Below are positions 39,899-50,785 of a stretch of DNA of 64,000 nt, in pieces. The DNA is from Planctomycetota bacterium. GTDB lineage: Bacteria; Planctomycetota; UBA1135; UBA2386. The translations under genes and the position numbers were made by a program. Every line of letters begins with the position of its first letter. The first letter of the stretch is position 1. The notes under the pieces are model-generated. The model did no database searches. It saw nothing but the letters and a program-made list of their open reading frames with translations, and had not been told where the DNA came from. Location: NCBI GenBank assembly GCA_965228735.1, contig OZ245838.1, forward strand, positions 512,001 to 576,000. Direction: 5' to 3'.

Positions 39899-40474
39899 TC
39901 ACTCGTTCAGCAGTTGCAGAACAACGTCCGTCGCGTCGCCTGCTCCACCCGCTTCGGTCTCGTCCATGGGGGCGTGTAGCGCGAACGTCGCCGTTGCGTC
40001 GATCAGCGCCTCGCCAACGGGTCGACCTGATCGAGACCGTAGAGTCTCGTCGAGCCACGCCTTCGCTCGTGCCAACGCATGCGGCCTAAGCGACTGAGAC
40101 TGCCGAAGGTCTCGGAAGGCGACGAGCAGCGCGCCCTTGTAGCGCAGGGATGATTCAGTGAGCTGGTCGCGTCCGGCGGCTATCCAGTCGGCCAGCCTAG
40201 CGGCGCACACGTCGATCTCGTCGTTGGTCATCGCGTGCGCGAGTCCGAGGAACCGGCGAACCTCGGCCTGGTGCGCTTGTCTCGCGCGTACTTGCTGTTC
40301 CAACGTCGGCGGTGCTGCCGCTGCGGGTGGTTGCCGTTTCGTGCCGCAGACCTTGCAGGACAGACTCTCGTCGATCCACAGCTTGGTGAACGGCTGGCGC
40401 TTCTTGCATCTCTCGCAGTGGAAGATCTCGTCCATGTCCCGGCGAGAGCCTAGGCCGGACAGCGCTGCGGTCAT
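39899..40474 (-). CDS. Zinc-ribbon hypothetical protein
   Basis: CERC...CKVC. Confidence 0.5.
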   Translation of the reverse strand: MTAALSGLGSRRDMDEIFHCERCKKRQPFTKLWIDESLSCKVCGTKRQPPAAAAPPTLEQQVRARQAHQAEVRRFLGLAHAMTNDEIDVCAARLADWIAAGRDQLTESSLRYKGALLVAFRDLRQSQSLRPHALARAKAWLDETLRSRSGRPVGEALIDATATFALHAPMDETEAGGAGDATDVVLQLLNE

Positions 40475-40715
40475 GGCCCGAGGTCGCGAAGTCGCAAGAT
40501 TCTCGAACGCGCGTAGCGAATTCTGATCACGCGACTTGCGACGATCACGGAAGGTGAATCCAAAGAATCTCCTTCATTCCGCGAAACCTTCGGCCGATCT
40601 CGCACGTAGTTAGACCACCGCGTGCGGCACGTCGTCGCACGAAGTGAAACAGCCCCTGCCAGCGTTGGCGCGCTGACAAGGGCCTAGACAACCCCTGATT
40701 GCTCCAGGAGATGCC

Positions 40716-41354
40716 ATGGCTCCCAAGCCTACCGGCGACCGTTCGCCGTTCTACGCTCGTACAGAGCGCTCTCAGCCGACCCGCGAAGAATGGCTCGGCC
40801 GTCTCGTCGACCTGTTGCGCGTCGACTTCACCGCAGCCGGTCATCCGTTGCCCGAACGTATCCGCGTGTCGTGCGGCTGGCCGTCGCGCTCGGCGATGTC
40901 CGGCAGCAACCGCAGGATCGGCGAAGCCTGGTCCGCGAGGGCATCCGGTGACGGTGCGCACGAAACGTTCATCACGCCGGCTCTCTGCGATCCGATCGAC
41001 GTCGGCGCCGTGCTCGTCCACGAACTCGTTCATCACGCCGTCGGTCTGGAGTGTGGGCACAAGGGCCCATTCCGCCGGCTGGCCCTCGCCCTCGGTCTCG
41101 AAGGCAAGATGACCGCGACGGTTGCCGGCGAGGAGCTGCGAGACCGTTTACACGCGCTCACGAATCACATCGGTCCGTACCCGCACGCGGCTCTCGAAGG
41201 GTCGACCAACAAGAAGCGGCAGACGACGCGCATGCTCAAGGTGACGTGCTCGGCGTGCGGTTGTCTCGTCCGGATGACTCGTCAGTGGCTCGACACCTGC
41301 GGCGTCCCAACGTGCGGCTGCGGTGGCGAGATGATCGAGGAGGGCAACCGATGA
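40716..41354 (+). CDS. SprT-like zinc metallopeptidase with C-terminal Zn ribbon
   Basis: RBS AGGAG; HELVH...H.GPF; CSACG...CGC. Confidence 0.8.
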   Translation: MAPKPTGDRSPFYARTERSQPTREEWLGRLVDLLRVDFTAAGHPLPERIRVSCGWPSRSAMSGSNRRIGEAWSARASGDGAHETFITPALCDPIDVGAVLVHELVHHAVGLECGHKGPFRRLALALGLEGKMTATVAGEELRDRLHALTNHIGPYPHAALEGSTNKKRQTTRMLKVTCSACGCLVRMTRQWLDTCGVPTCGCGGEMIEEGNR

Positions 41355-41809
41355 GCGCTCGCCACGTTCGCGTTGTCGCCGGCCCCGATGCCGTGCGGAA
41401 GGTTCGCAGCTCGGTCTCTCCGCGATCGCGGTGGCCGCATCACTCGTGCTCGACTGTCTCCATGGTCGGCCGGGTGTCCGTCGACGAGTCCGGGGCGCTT
41501 GCTCTCGCTCTCGGAGAGTGTGTGTTGGCCAACGGTGCAACGCTCGTGCTCTCCGACTTGCCCGAGTGGCGTCGGGAGACGGTCGAGGCTGTCGGCCATG
41601 CGTGGCGCGAACAGTCCGTGACCCTGCGGGGTGCATCGCAGCCGGTTCGCGTGCGGTCGTACTTCGATGTCGTCGCCACTCACGAATTCTGCCCGTGCGG
41701 GATGCGTGGTCGAGATGGCGCTACGTGCGCATGCACGCCGTCGATGATCCAACGATGGGAGACGCGTTGCAGCGACTTCCTGCGCATGCTCGAAGGGGGT
41801 GCCCGATGA
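41351..41809 (+). CDS. Truncated, degenerate ComM/YifB (Mg-chelatase-like AAA+) domain protein
   Basis: PHHS, GECVLANG.TLVLSDLPEW, CPCG...CAC match ComM PHH, GEISLAHNGVLFLDELPEF, NPCPCG. Confidence 0.75.
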   Translation: MSARHVRVVAGPDAVRKVRSSVSPRSRWPHHSCSTVSMVGRVSVDESGALALALGECVLANGATLVLSDLPEWRRETVEAVGHAWREQSVTLRGASQPVRVRSYFDVVATHEFCPCGMRGRDGATCACTPSMIQRWETRCSDFLRMLEGGAR

Positions 41810-42279
41810 CTGGCACCCTCGCCGTGCGTCGCTCCTGGCGCCGCGTGCGCTTGTCCCTCGTCAGGGAGCAGGCGATTGCCCCGTACGCAGTTCGTCACGC
41901 AGGGGATGTGGTTGGGCTCGTGAGCGAGTTCCTGCGCGACGATCCCCGGGAACGGTTCGTGGCCGTCTATCTGGACAGCCGACACAAGACGATTGCCGTC
42001 CACGATGCCCACGTCGGGACGTGCGACTCCTCACCCGTGCATCCGCGCGAGGTCTTCGGGCCGGCGGTCGCGTTGTCGGCGACGGCCGTGATCGTGGCGC
42101 ACAACCATCCGAGCGGAGACCCGACACCGAGTCCTGAAGATCGTTGCGTGACCGAGCGACTGCGCAAGGCCGGCGACCTGCTCGGTGTCCCGGTGCTCGA
42201 TCACCTCGTGATCGGGGATGAGCGGTACTACTCGTTCGCCGAGGAGGCGTTCCGCAACATGCCCGGGGGTGCGTCGTGA
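41806..42279 (+). CDS. radC: RadC/JAB-domain protein
   Basis: RERF, VHPREVF, AHNHPSGDPTPSPED, LDHLVIG. Confidence 0.93.
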   Translation: MTGTLAVRRSWRRVRLSLVREQAIAPYAVRHAGDVVGLVSEFLRDDPRERFVAVYLDSRHKTIAVHDAHVGTCDSSPVHPREVFGPAVALSATAVIVAHNHPSGDPTPSPEDRCVTERLRKAGDLLGVPVLDHLVIGDERYYSFAEEAFRNMPGGAS

Positions 42280-42962
42280 CCGGCAAGGCGATCGGCTACC
42301 TACGCGTCTCGTCTGCCTCGCAAGCTCAGGACGGTAAGGATGGCTTCCCGCGACAGCGGGCGGCCGTCCGGGCCTACTGCACGAGCAAGCGTCTCGAACT
42401 CGTCGAGGAGCATGCAGACGCAGTGTCCGGGACGACGCCGCTCGAAGGCCGTGAGGCGCTCTCAGAAGCTCTCCGGCGCTGTGACGTTGTCGGGGCCAGT
42501 GTCCTCGTCGTCGAGCGCGTGGACCGTCTAGGACGCGACCTCGTGGTCTCTGAGATGATCGTGAAGGCGTTCCGCGATGCTGGCGTGTCGATCGTCTCAG
42601 CTGACACCGGGGAGAGCCTGACCGACGCGGAGAACGATCCGAGTCGGAAGCTCATCCGCCAGGTGCTCGCTGCGCTTGCCGAGTACGAGCGCAGTGCGTT
42701 GGTGGCGAAGCTCCGTGCAGCTCGAGACCGCAAGAAGCGCAACGGTGGTCACTCGGTCGGGTGCTACCGGTTCGGGGAGCATCCCGAGCGTCCTGGCGAA
42801 CGAGAGACGTTGGCCAGGATCCGTGAGCTACGTCGGGTGCGTGGTGGACGTCGCCGGTCGTCGATGGCCGACGTGGCTGCGGTGCTCAATGACGAAGGGC
42901 GTGAGAGCCGCAGTGGGCGGACGTGGTCGGCTGCGATGGTGCGAGACGTGGTGGCGCGTTAG
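42276..42962 (+). CDS. Serine recombinase (resolvase/invertase family)
   Basis: GYLRVSS, DRLGRD, LAEYER; C-terminal LNDEG...GRTW. Confidence 0.92.
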   Translation: MTGKAIGYLRVSSASQAQDGKDGFPRQRAAVRAYCTSKRLELVEEHADAVSGTTPLEGREALSEALRRCDVVGASVLVVERVDRLGRDLVVSEMIVKAFRDAGVSIVSADTGESLTDAENDPSRKLIRQVLAALAEYERSALVAKLRAARDRKKRNGGHSVGCYRFGEHPERPGERETLARIRELRRVRGGRRRSSMADVAAVLNDEGRESRSGRTWSAAMVRDVVAR

Positions 42963-43035
42963 CGCTCCGATGTGTTCGCGTGCAGGGTGGAGCACGCTGC
43001 CGTGCAACACGCACCCAGCCGGAGGCGAATTGCTG

Positions 43036-43488
43036 CTACGGAATCGGGCCGCACGTCGAGCAAACGGCCTCGACGGTGGCGATGCAGATGAGGTCGCAGT
43101 CGTGCTTCTTCTTCACAACGATGTCAGTCTTCTTGGTCTTGCCGCAGCCGTCCACTTTCACCGGTACTGTGATCTCGCGCTTGGTGCATGGAGCGCCAAG
43201 ACCTGTGCCGACACGCTGTCCTGGCTCCGCCGTGGCGTAGATGTCGATGTGGACATGGCAGCAGTTGAGTGGTGGGCACTCACAGGATTGGCTAGCGGGA
43301 AGCCAGTCGATGTAGATGAACGGGGCATCTTCATCGTCGCAGTTGCTCGTATCAACGACCACGTCAGCGACGCAGACCGCGACGGCATGGGCCGGAGCAA
43401 CCTCCGGTTGCTCAGGTAGTGACAGCAGGGGCGACGCCGCGACAGCGAGCCCGGCGCCAAGGATTGCACTGATGGAAGGGTATTGCAT
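43036..43488 (-). CDS. Secreted Cys-rich hypothetical protein
   Basis: RBS AGGAG, signal peptide, many Cys. Confidence 0.6.
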   Translation of the reverse strand: MQYPSISAILGAGLAVAASPLLSLPEQPEVAPAHAVAVCVADVVVDTSNCDDEDAPFIYIDWLPASQSCECPPLNCCHVHIDIYATAEPGQRVGTGLGAPCTKREITVPVKVDGCGKTKKTDIVVKKKHDCDLICIATVEAVCSTCGPIP

Positions 43489-43562
43489 GCTCAGCTCCTA
43501 TATCGGCGAGTTGACTTGGTCGGAGATTGGGCCGATCGCAAGCCCCGACAACCGTGAGTCCT

Positions 43563-44486
43563 TTATCGTTCCCAGAACGCCGGGCCGGCCCTCGCAGCTT
43601 CTAGACGCGATGTGCCTCCTGACGCGAGGATGGCTGCTTGGTCGTTGCTCGTAATGGTCCCTGCTGAGAGGAACCAAGTGGAGACAACGCCCAGAGCATC
43701 GAAGGCGAAGAATTCCATCACCTCATGTGCGCGGTCGGTACGGGGAAGATGAGTGAAACTCGCATAGCGATACACGCGGCCCTTGTGGACAACGCTGTTC
43801 GCTCGAACTGATCTAAACCGCCTCTCCTTCAACTTGGCGAGGATCTGGTCCTCGGAGAGGCCGGGATACTCCCCGGATTCGAGGCGGCTCCGAGCCATTG
43901 CGCGCAGAGTCGTTTCTGCGGGTAGCTTGTCGGGTTCGGGTTCAACCTCTCCGGCCTTGATCGCAGCCCGCATCTCACTGCCTCGCACCGAACGGTACGC
44001 GGCGTGCAGGTCTTCGAGGTTCGAGTTGAGAAGTTCAACGAGTGTGCGTAGGTCGTCGATCTTCTTTTCAGAGAGGGGCTTGTCGGTGGGGTTTAGCTTC
44101 TCGTGTCTGACCAGATCGGGAACGTCAAGCCGACCCATTCCGGCGACAAAGTACTCCATGAGCGCGAAGTCCGTTCGGGCGTAGTCTCGCGGCCAATCGT
44201 CGTCGCTAGCGGCTGTTTGCGGCGCGTCTGTCGGCTGCCGAGCGTGGAGCGCAATCGCCAAGGTCTCTGCAATTTTCTCCGCGCACGCCTCGAACTCCAT
44301 GTCAACCGAGGTGCGCTTCTCTGACGCTTCTGCGGAAGCCGCGCTCGGGGGAGAGCTCGTGGGCGTTGGCTGCGCAGGAGATGGAGTTGCTACGGGCTCC
44401 GAGGGGGTGAGTGACCGGCCCCACCAAACGAAGATCAGTCCGATGATGATGACTAAGGCGATTGCGTAGAGACCGTTGGTGCGCAT
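43563..44486 (-). CDS. Membrane-anchored hypothetical protein
   Basis: RBS GGAG, N-terminal TM helix, Pro/Ser linker. Confidence 0.65.
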   Translation of the reverse strand: MRTNGLYAIALVIIIGLIFVWWGRSLTPSEPVATPSPAQPTPTSSPPSAASAEASEKRTSVDMEFEACAEKIAETLAIALHARQPTDAPQTAASDDDWPRDYARTDFALMEYFVAGMGRLDVPDLVRHEKLNPTDKPLSEKKIDDLRTLVELLNSNLEDLHAAYRSVRGSEMRAAIKAGEVEPEPDKLPAETTLRAMARSRLESGEYPGLSEDQILAKLKERRFRSVRANSVVHKGRVYRYASFTHLPRTDRAHEVMEFFAFDALGVVSTWFLSAGTITSNDQAAILASGGTSRLEAARAGPAFWER

Positions 44487-44606
44487 TCTCCGTCCTCTTC
44501 CTTGGGTTCACCGAACGGAGTCCGGTGGCCAGCATCCCGATGGTGTAGCGGCTGGCTCATGGTGTCAATCCCCTGCGGTGCGTCCGCTCGATGTAGCATC
44601 CGATTC

Positions 44607-45029
44607 GTGGGCAAGCCAGCCGGAACCAAGAACGTCACCGACGAAGAGCGCGAACGAATTCGGGAGCTCTACCGGCAGGGCGTGCGCTTGGTGGACATCG
44701 TGGAGGCCGTGGGGCGCTCAGAGTCCGTCGTCTACCGCACCGTGCGCGGCATGAAGCGGCCGCGCCTACCGTTTCGGCACTACAAGAACGACAAGCGCAA
44801 CGATCGCATCCTGCGGCTCATCGAGAAGGGGCGAACGCATGCCGACGTAGCGCGCACCGTCGGGCTATCGCCTCGCCAGATCGGCTACATCGTCGAGCAC
44901 CACCCGAGGATCGCGGAGTTGCTCCATCACGAGGACTGGAAGCCGTCGGAGGTGTCTGAGGTCTACCGGATCTCCATCGAGAAGGCGCAGCGCGTCAAGC
45001 GTCGGAAGTCGGTGCCTCACGAGCGATGA
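44607..45029 (+). CDS. Multi-HTH DNA-binding protein
   Basis: Tandem HTH motifs (DIVEAVGRSESVVYR; DVARTVGLSPRQIGY). Confidence 0.65.
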   Translation: MGKPAGTKNVTDEERERIRELYRQGVRLVDIVEAVGRSESVVYRTVRGMKRPRLPFRHYKNDKRNDRILRLIEKGRTHADVARTVGLSPRQIGYIVEHHPRIAELLHHEDWKPSEVSEVYRISIEKAQRVKRRKSVPHER

Positions 45030-46320
45030 TGTACTTGGTCAAGCCTTGCGCGAGTTCGACCATGCGCAGCAACTCATCCGGGTTGTCTGGCTCCTCCACG
45101 ACGCCGTGAAGCACGCCGTGTGCCACCCGATTGCGAACCGTGTTCCATGCCGTGACCTGTTCATTCGTGATGTGGCCTGCTGCCGCAAGAGCCTTGAGCT
45201 GCGAACGGGGCGAAGGCCGAGCCAGGTGGCCGATGCTGGCGCACAGCCTGTCTCTCAACTTTGGCGGTAGCTCAGATACGGCCTTCTTGGCTGCGTCGAT
45301 GTCTGCTGGCGAGAACTCTGGCACATTCTGCGTCTCATCTACAGCGAGCCGGATCAGGCCCTCGGTTGCGCTGGCAAGTGCGAGGGAGAAGACCCAGTTC
45401 GAGTTGGTCGATGCCTGGATGATCTCGTGGTGCAGCAGCGTGAGCGTGCATGGGGCGAGCACATCCATGCGCCGGTGCTTGGTCACGTAGACAAGACACG
45501 AACGGTAGGAGCCCCAAAAGTCCGAGCGGTCAGACGTAGGGGCGAGGCCACCGATAGTTGATCTGAGTGGGTAGATGCGACTCAGAGAGACTTGCGCGTC
45601 GCCGTTTCCGAGGTTCCTGGCGACCAGGCGGGGGTAGAGCAGTTTCCCGGTCAGCAGTTGGAGTGGTTCGAAGACGGAGCCCTCGAACCACGGGTGCTCA
45701 AGCGCATTGGAGGTTGTCGCAGTAACCCAGAGGCCGCCAGTTTGGGGGTCGCGGAAGATCTCAAACTGGCTGCCCAGATGCTCGAAACGCTCTCGCCCGG
45801 CGCCCCACTGTTCAAACACGCAGTCGGTGCCGAAGCGGATCTGCGTGTGCATGGCCTCCGACAACGGAATGCGTGGGGCTGGGTCGAAGTACAACTCGAT
45901 CCCGCGTTCTTGGCTCACATCCTCGCTCGCTCGCGGGTGAGTCGTGATGCGTTGCAGGTGTCCGACTACTTGGAGTCTCTCGTCGCCGGAGGTAGTCAGT
46001 GTTGGGTGAACCCAACCGCAGTGCCACTCGGTACCGAAGTGGTCGGTTGCAACAAGGCGGAAATCAGCGGCCTCGTCGTGGATCGCGATCAGCGAGTGCT
46101 GTGAGTAGTTGTCGATGTTGACCGTGAACCTGGGTAGGCACTCGTCTTCGAAACTCACCTCGCCCGTCCCACGGACGGATGGGCATACATCGTCTCGCCC
46201 GATGTAGATCAGCATCTCGGCGCAGTCGATGCGGCGAAGGCGATTCGTGAGCTGGGAAACCCACGGGCGAAGTGTGCGCAAGCCACTCCGGTCTGGACGA
46301 CGGTCAGGTGTGTCTCTCAC
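44995..46320 (-). CDS. ApeA-like HEPN-domain protein (defence candidate)
   Basis: beta-rich N-terminus, ATEGL...WNTVRNRVAHG Rx4H motif; start uncertain. Confidence 0.65.
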   Translation of the reverse strand: MRDTPDRRPDRSGLRTLRPWVSQLTNRLRRIDCAEMLIYIGRDDVCPSVRGTGEVSFEDECLPRFTVNIDNYSQHSLIAIHDEAADFRLVATDHFGTEWHCGWVHPTLTTSGDERLQVVGHLQRITTHPRASEDVSQERGIELYFDPAPRIPLSEAMHTQIRFGTDCVFEQWGAGRERFEHLGSQFEIFRDPQTGGLWVTATTSNALEHPWFEGSVFEPLQLLTGKLLYPRLVARNLGNGDAQVSLSRIYPLRSTIGGLAPTSDRSDFWGSYRSCLVYVTKHRRMDVLAPCTLTLLHHEIIQASTNSNWVFSLALASATEGLIRLAVDETQNVPEFSPADIDAAKKAVSELPPKLRDRLCASIGHLARPSPRSQLKALAAAGHITNEQVTAWNTVRNRVAHGVLHGVVEEPDNPDELLRMVELAQGLTKYIIAREAPTSDA

Positions 46321-46604
46321 GGCTGAAGCGGCGGCATCTCGTTCGAACCATTCCGGTACGCCAACCGAAGCTCCCACCACTCAGGAACGCGAACCCCCTT
46401 CCTGATGGCGTCTGCTCGACCGCGAAGAGCACCCTTCCTCTGAGCGTCTGTGAGCCTTGCTCCCGTCGTCTTCGCCATGAGGCTCATGCACATGGCTCGA
46501 TGATCATTCGTCGCACACAGAGCCTTCTCGAACCTTCTACGCACATCTCCCAGATCAGGCACCGTATCCCGGTCTGAACCGCCCCGGGTTCTCCGGAGGC
46601 TCGG

Positions 46605-47830
<1,226 letters not shown>

Positions 47831-47956
47831 CGCTACATCCTCTCACGTCTGGGAGCCTCCGAGAAACCCGGGGCGGTTCAGTCTCTTAGTGGGATACCGA
47901 GTCCATGCCATCGATCGATACCCTTGGGGTCCTTGGTCCTGGGCATGGGGGTGATT

Positions 47957-48652
47957 CTATCGCGCTCCCTTCGGCTCGGGTGGGGGATGCCAACGGCAGA
48001 AGTCCGCAGGTCTGTCGAGCTGTAGATGGACGTGTGTTGGGGCGGTCTTCCTCATGTCGAACGATGCGAGCACAATCCGAACCTCTCGCTCCTGTTCGAA
48101 CGCGATCGGCTTGGATGCGAGATAAGACTGCCAAGATCGGGCCTCTGCCGCAGACCTGACACTGCCATGGTCGTAAGTCACGGTGAAGCACTCGATCCAA
48201 CTCCAACGCGGCCCTTTGGCTTGGTTTCGCGCCGCTTGGATCAGGCGCTCAATGAACAGGGCCGTTTCGAAGATGCTGACGACGTGACGTCCGAGCTTCT
48301 CCGCCTGATAGGTTTGGTCGACCTCAGGGAGGGAGCAGCAGAAGACGTAGTGCGCCTGAACAAGCGACCCTTGGAAGTTGAGATGCCCCTCGACTGGGGA
48401 AATCTCGCGCGACTCGTCGGTCTCCACATCGACGGCAACGCGCCGGACCTCTGAGGGAACACGAGACTGCGCGATGCCTTCGCTTTGGTCAGATCGGATG
48501 TTCCCCGCACCCGGGATCGACCCGAAGGTCGCGATCTCCGAGAGGCGTAGTTTGCCCTTGTCGACGAATTCCTGGGCGAACTGCTCCTCGTCAAACGCAC
48601 GCAGCAAGAGAGGCGGAGCCTTGCCTAGTAGTGGTAGTTCTCGTGCGCTCAT
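47957..48652 (-). CDS. DUF2971-like / ART-fold-like hypothetical protein
   Basis: N-terminal R, YVFCCS, V.Y, K...EQEREVR pattern. Confidence 0.5.
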   Translation of the reverse strand: MSARELPLLGKAPPLLLRAFDEEQFAQEFVDKGKLRLSEIATFGSIPGAGNIRSDQSEGIAQSRVPSEVRRVAVDVETDESREISPVEGHLNFQGSLVQAHYVFCCSLPEVDQTYQAEKLGRHVVSIFETALFIERLIQAARNQAKGPRWSWIECFTVTYDHGSVRSAAEARSWQSYLASKPIAFEQEREVRIVLASFDMRKTAPTHVHLQLDRPADFCRWHPPPEPKGAR

Positions 48653-48661
48653 GGGCCTCGG

Positions 48662-48871
48662 TCAGTTCCTCGACACGTCCTGCTCGTCCCTCACCCAGCC
48701 CTTCAACTGCTCGGCTGCGGTCTGCGCTGCCCGTAGGTCTCGGAGAGCATCCCGGACCGCTTCCCGTAGCTGCGGGATCTGCTGCCGGTAGACCGTTGCC
48801 CGGTGTCGCAGCTCGGCGAGGAACACCTCTGGGTGTCGTTCACCGTCGTTGCTGATCGTGCCTCTGACCAT
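48662..48871 (-). CDS. Small coiled-coil hypothetical protein
   Basis: 69-aa ORF ending just upstream of the 48652 gene. Confidence 0.4.
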   Translation of the reverse strand: MVRGTISNDGERHPEVFLAELRHRATVYRQQIPQLREAVRDALRDLRAAQTAAEQLKGWVRDEQDVSRN

Positions 48872-48948
48872 GGGGGTTGGATGACGTGCTCGCGTGCGGC
48901 TTCGAATTCTACCAGGTGCGAAGTTATCGGCGCGGTAGGCTCTATCGG

Positions 48949-49599
48949 ATGGGAAGTCAAAACATGGCTCGCATCGAGAAGGAGATGCAGGAAGCGGCGA
49001 ATGGCCGGTTCCGAGTGCCGCTTGACCACGCGCTCCGCCGTGATGTCGCTCTAGTTTGGTCCTTGCGTGCGCGCGCCCTGCAAGCAGTTGATGCGGCAAC
49101 CAACGGAGAGCCCTGTGGCTCGACGAATGAGATTGACAAGACCGTTGAGGCAATCTGGACAGCCGAGCGATCATGGTTGGACTCCATGCTGCACGGCGTG
49201 TGGCGCCGGGAGCGCAGGGAGCTACTCAAGATTGAGGCGGTTGCGCGGGAGGCTCGGCCTGAGTACTCGGGCGTTGAGCCACTCGACGAGTACTACCGTC
49301 GTGCGTCCGGATGGTTGGACAAGAAGCGAGTCAGCAAGGGTACGCCGCACCTGTCCAGCTACGAGAAGTTTGAGGCGTCGCCGGTGGAGGGGCAGGATGG
49401 CGAGAGTACGGACCGTCGTGACGCTGTGGTCGGGTACTTGATCTTGGCGTGCTCGGCTTTGGGCGCCGTTGTAGGGGGAGTCTTCGGTTCCCAGCTTGGG
49501 TCTGAGGCCTTGGGCGCGGGGCTTGGTCTTGGTGTCGGCGTTGCTCTCGGATTCGCGCTCGTGCCGTCTACTTCGTCAGGCATCCGGCGGCCCAAGTGA
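48949..49599 (+). CDS. Hypothetical protein with C-terminal glycine-zipper TM helices
   Basis: GxxxG-rich C-terminus. Confidence 0.5.
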   Translation: MGSQNMARIEKEMQEAANGRFRVPLDHALRRDVALVWSLRARALQAVDAATNGEPCGSTNEIDKTVEAIWTAERSWLDSMLHGVWRRERRELLKIEAVAREARPEYSGVEPLDEYYRRASGWLDKKRVSKGTPHLSSYEKFEASPVEGQDGESTDRRDAVVGYLILACSALGAVVGGVFGSQLGSEALGAGLGLGVGVALGFALVPSTSSGIRRPK

Positions 49600-49748
49600 G
49601 GTCGAGTTGTTCGAGTGGCCACATTCTCGATGGCGGCTGACAGCGTTGCTCATCCCGTGCCTCAACGGGGCCAGTGACGTCCGCTGGGAGTTGCCGGACT
49701 GGTTGGTCTGCTGAGGTTCTGGGCATTGAGTTGCAAAGACCGTTCGCG

Positions 49749-50216
49749 CTATCCCATGCTCGCGATGCCACGCCTGATCGGGCCGAGAAGCTGGCTCTCT
49801 GCCCAGTCTTGAGTGTACGCACCGCGCCGAACCATGGAGTCGACCGCAAAGTCGAGGATTGCTTCGTAGGCGTGGCCAACGTTGGACAGCACGCCACGGT
49901 AGACGTGGTGATGTCCCGATTCGAGTTGGTCGCCCGTGGCGTGCACCAAGTAGTTCGCAACGTATGCGAATGGGGTGAAGTTTGGATCGTGCGGGTGGCT
50001 ACGGACAGCGGCTTCGTAGTCTTCGGCCTCGGCCTTGCTCCAGGCTTTCACTTGCTTCGCGAGCGAGTCGAGCAGGTCTCTTCCGATCTTGCCGAGATGC
50101 AGTCTCGCCAGCTCGTCGGCGGGGTGCGTCTTCGGGAGTTGGACCCTGACGCGGTCGATCTCCGCAAGTAGTTCTTCCACGGCTGGACTCTTGGCTCCAA
50201 ACATCTTCCCAAACAT
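49749..50216 (-). CDS. Hypothetical protein
   Basis: MFGKMFGAK... helical ORF. Confidence 0.55.
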   Translation of the reverse strand: MFGKMFGAKSPAVEELLAEIDRVRVQLPKTHPADELARLHLGKIGRDLLDSLAKQVKAWSKAEAEDYEAAVRSHPHDPNFTPFAYVANYLVHATGDQLESGHHHVYRGVLSNVGHAYEAILDFAVDSMVRRGAYTQDWAESQLLGPIRRGIASMG

Positions 50217-50353
50217 GGTTCGCACTATACGGAATCCGATGGAGGTGCGCTGGGAAGCTGCTTCTGAATCTCCTCGCAGAGCAGTTGACAGGTGTTGTCG
50301 GCGGCAGCGAGGTGGTCTCGGGCGGAGTCTAGCTCATCCACGAGGAGTGTGAA

Positions 50354-50728
50354 TTGACAGCAGCGATCGTCGTCTTCACCGTGTACCAGGCCTTTTACGG
50401 TCTCCTGAGCTTCTACTACTCGAACGCAATGCAGAAGCACCCGGAAGACCTATCGGAGATGGAGTGCAAGTTGTGGCGGGAGAACACTGCGCTTTCGGCA
50501 GGCGCCACGCTGTTCGTGCTTGCCGCTCGAATCACCGGGGTGGCATGGCTCGTGTGGTTTGGAATTCGAACCGAGTGGTACTATCCCGCCCTACTGTTCG
50601 TGGTGACTCTGCTGGGAACGGTCGTGATCAACGGCTTCATCCGAGCGTCCTTTGGCGTCGCCGTTCCGGCGCTGCTTGGATTCGTCGTGCTGCCGGCGTC
50701 CGGTACTGCTCTCTGGTTCCTCGCGTGA
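50354..50728 (+). CDS. Small membrane protein
   Basis: RBS GAGGAG; about 4 hydrophobic segments. Confidence 0.6.
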   Translation: MTAAIVVFTVYQAFYGLLSFYYSNAMQKHPEDLSEMECKLWRENTALSAGATLFVLAARITGVAWLVWFGIRTEWYYPALLFVVTLLGTVVINGFIRASFGVAVPALLGFVVLPASGTALWFLA

Positions 50729-50785
50729 GGGAGAGCGAGGCAGCCGATTCGAGCTAGAGCGATGTAGCTCTCGTGCGAATTGCGC

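Noticed and set aside
47966..47986. Fourth copy of the TCCGTTCGG motif (TCCCTTCGGCTC)
   Set aside because: Short, mismatched and inside a coding region
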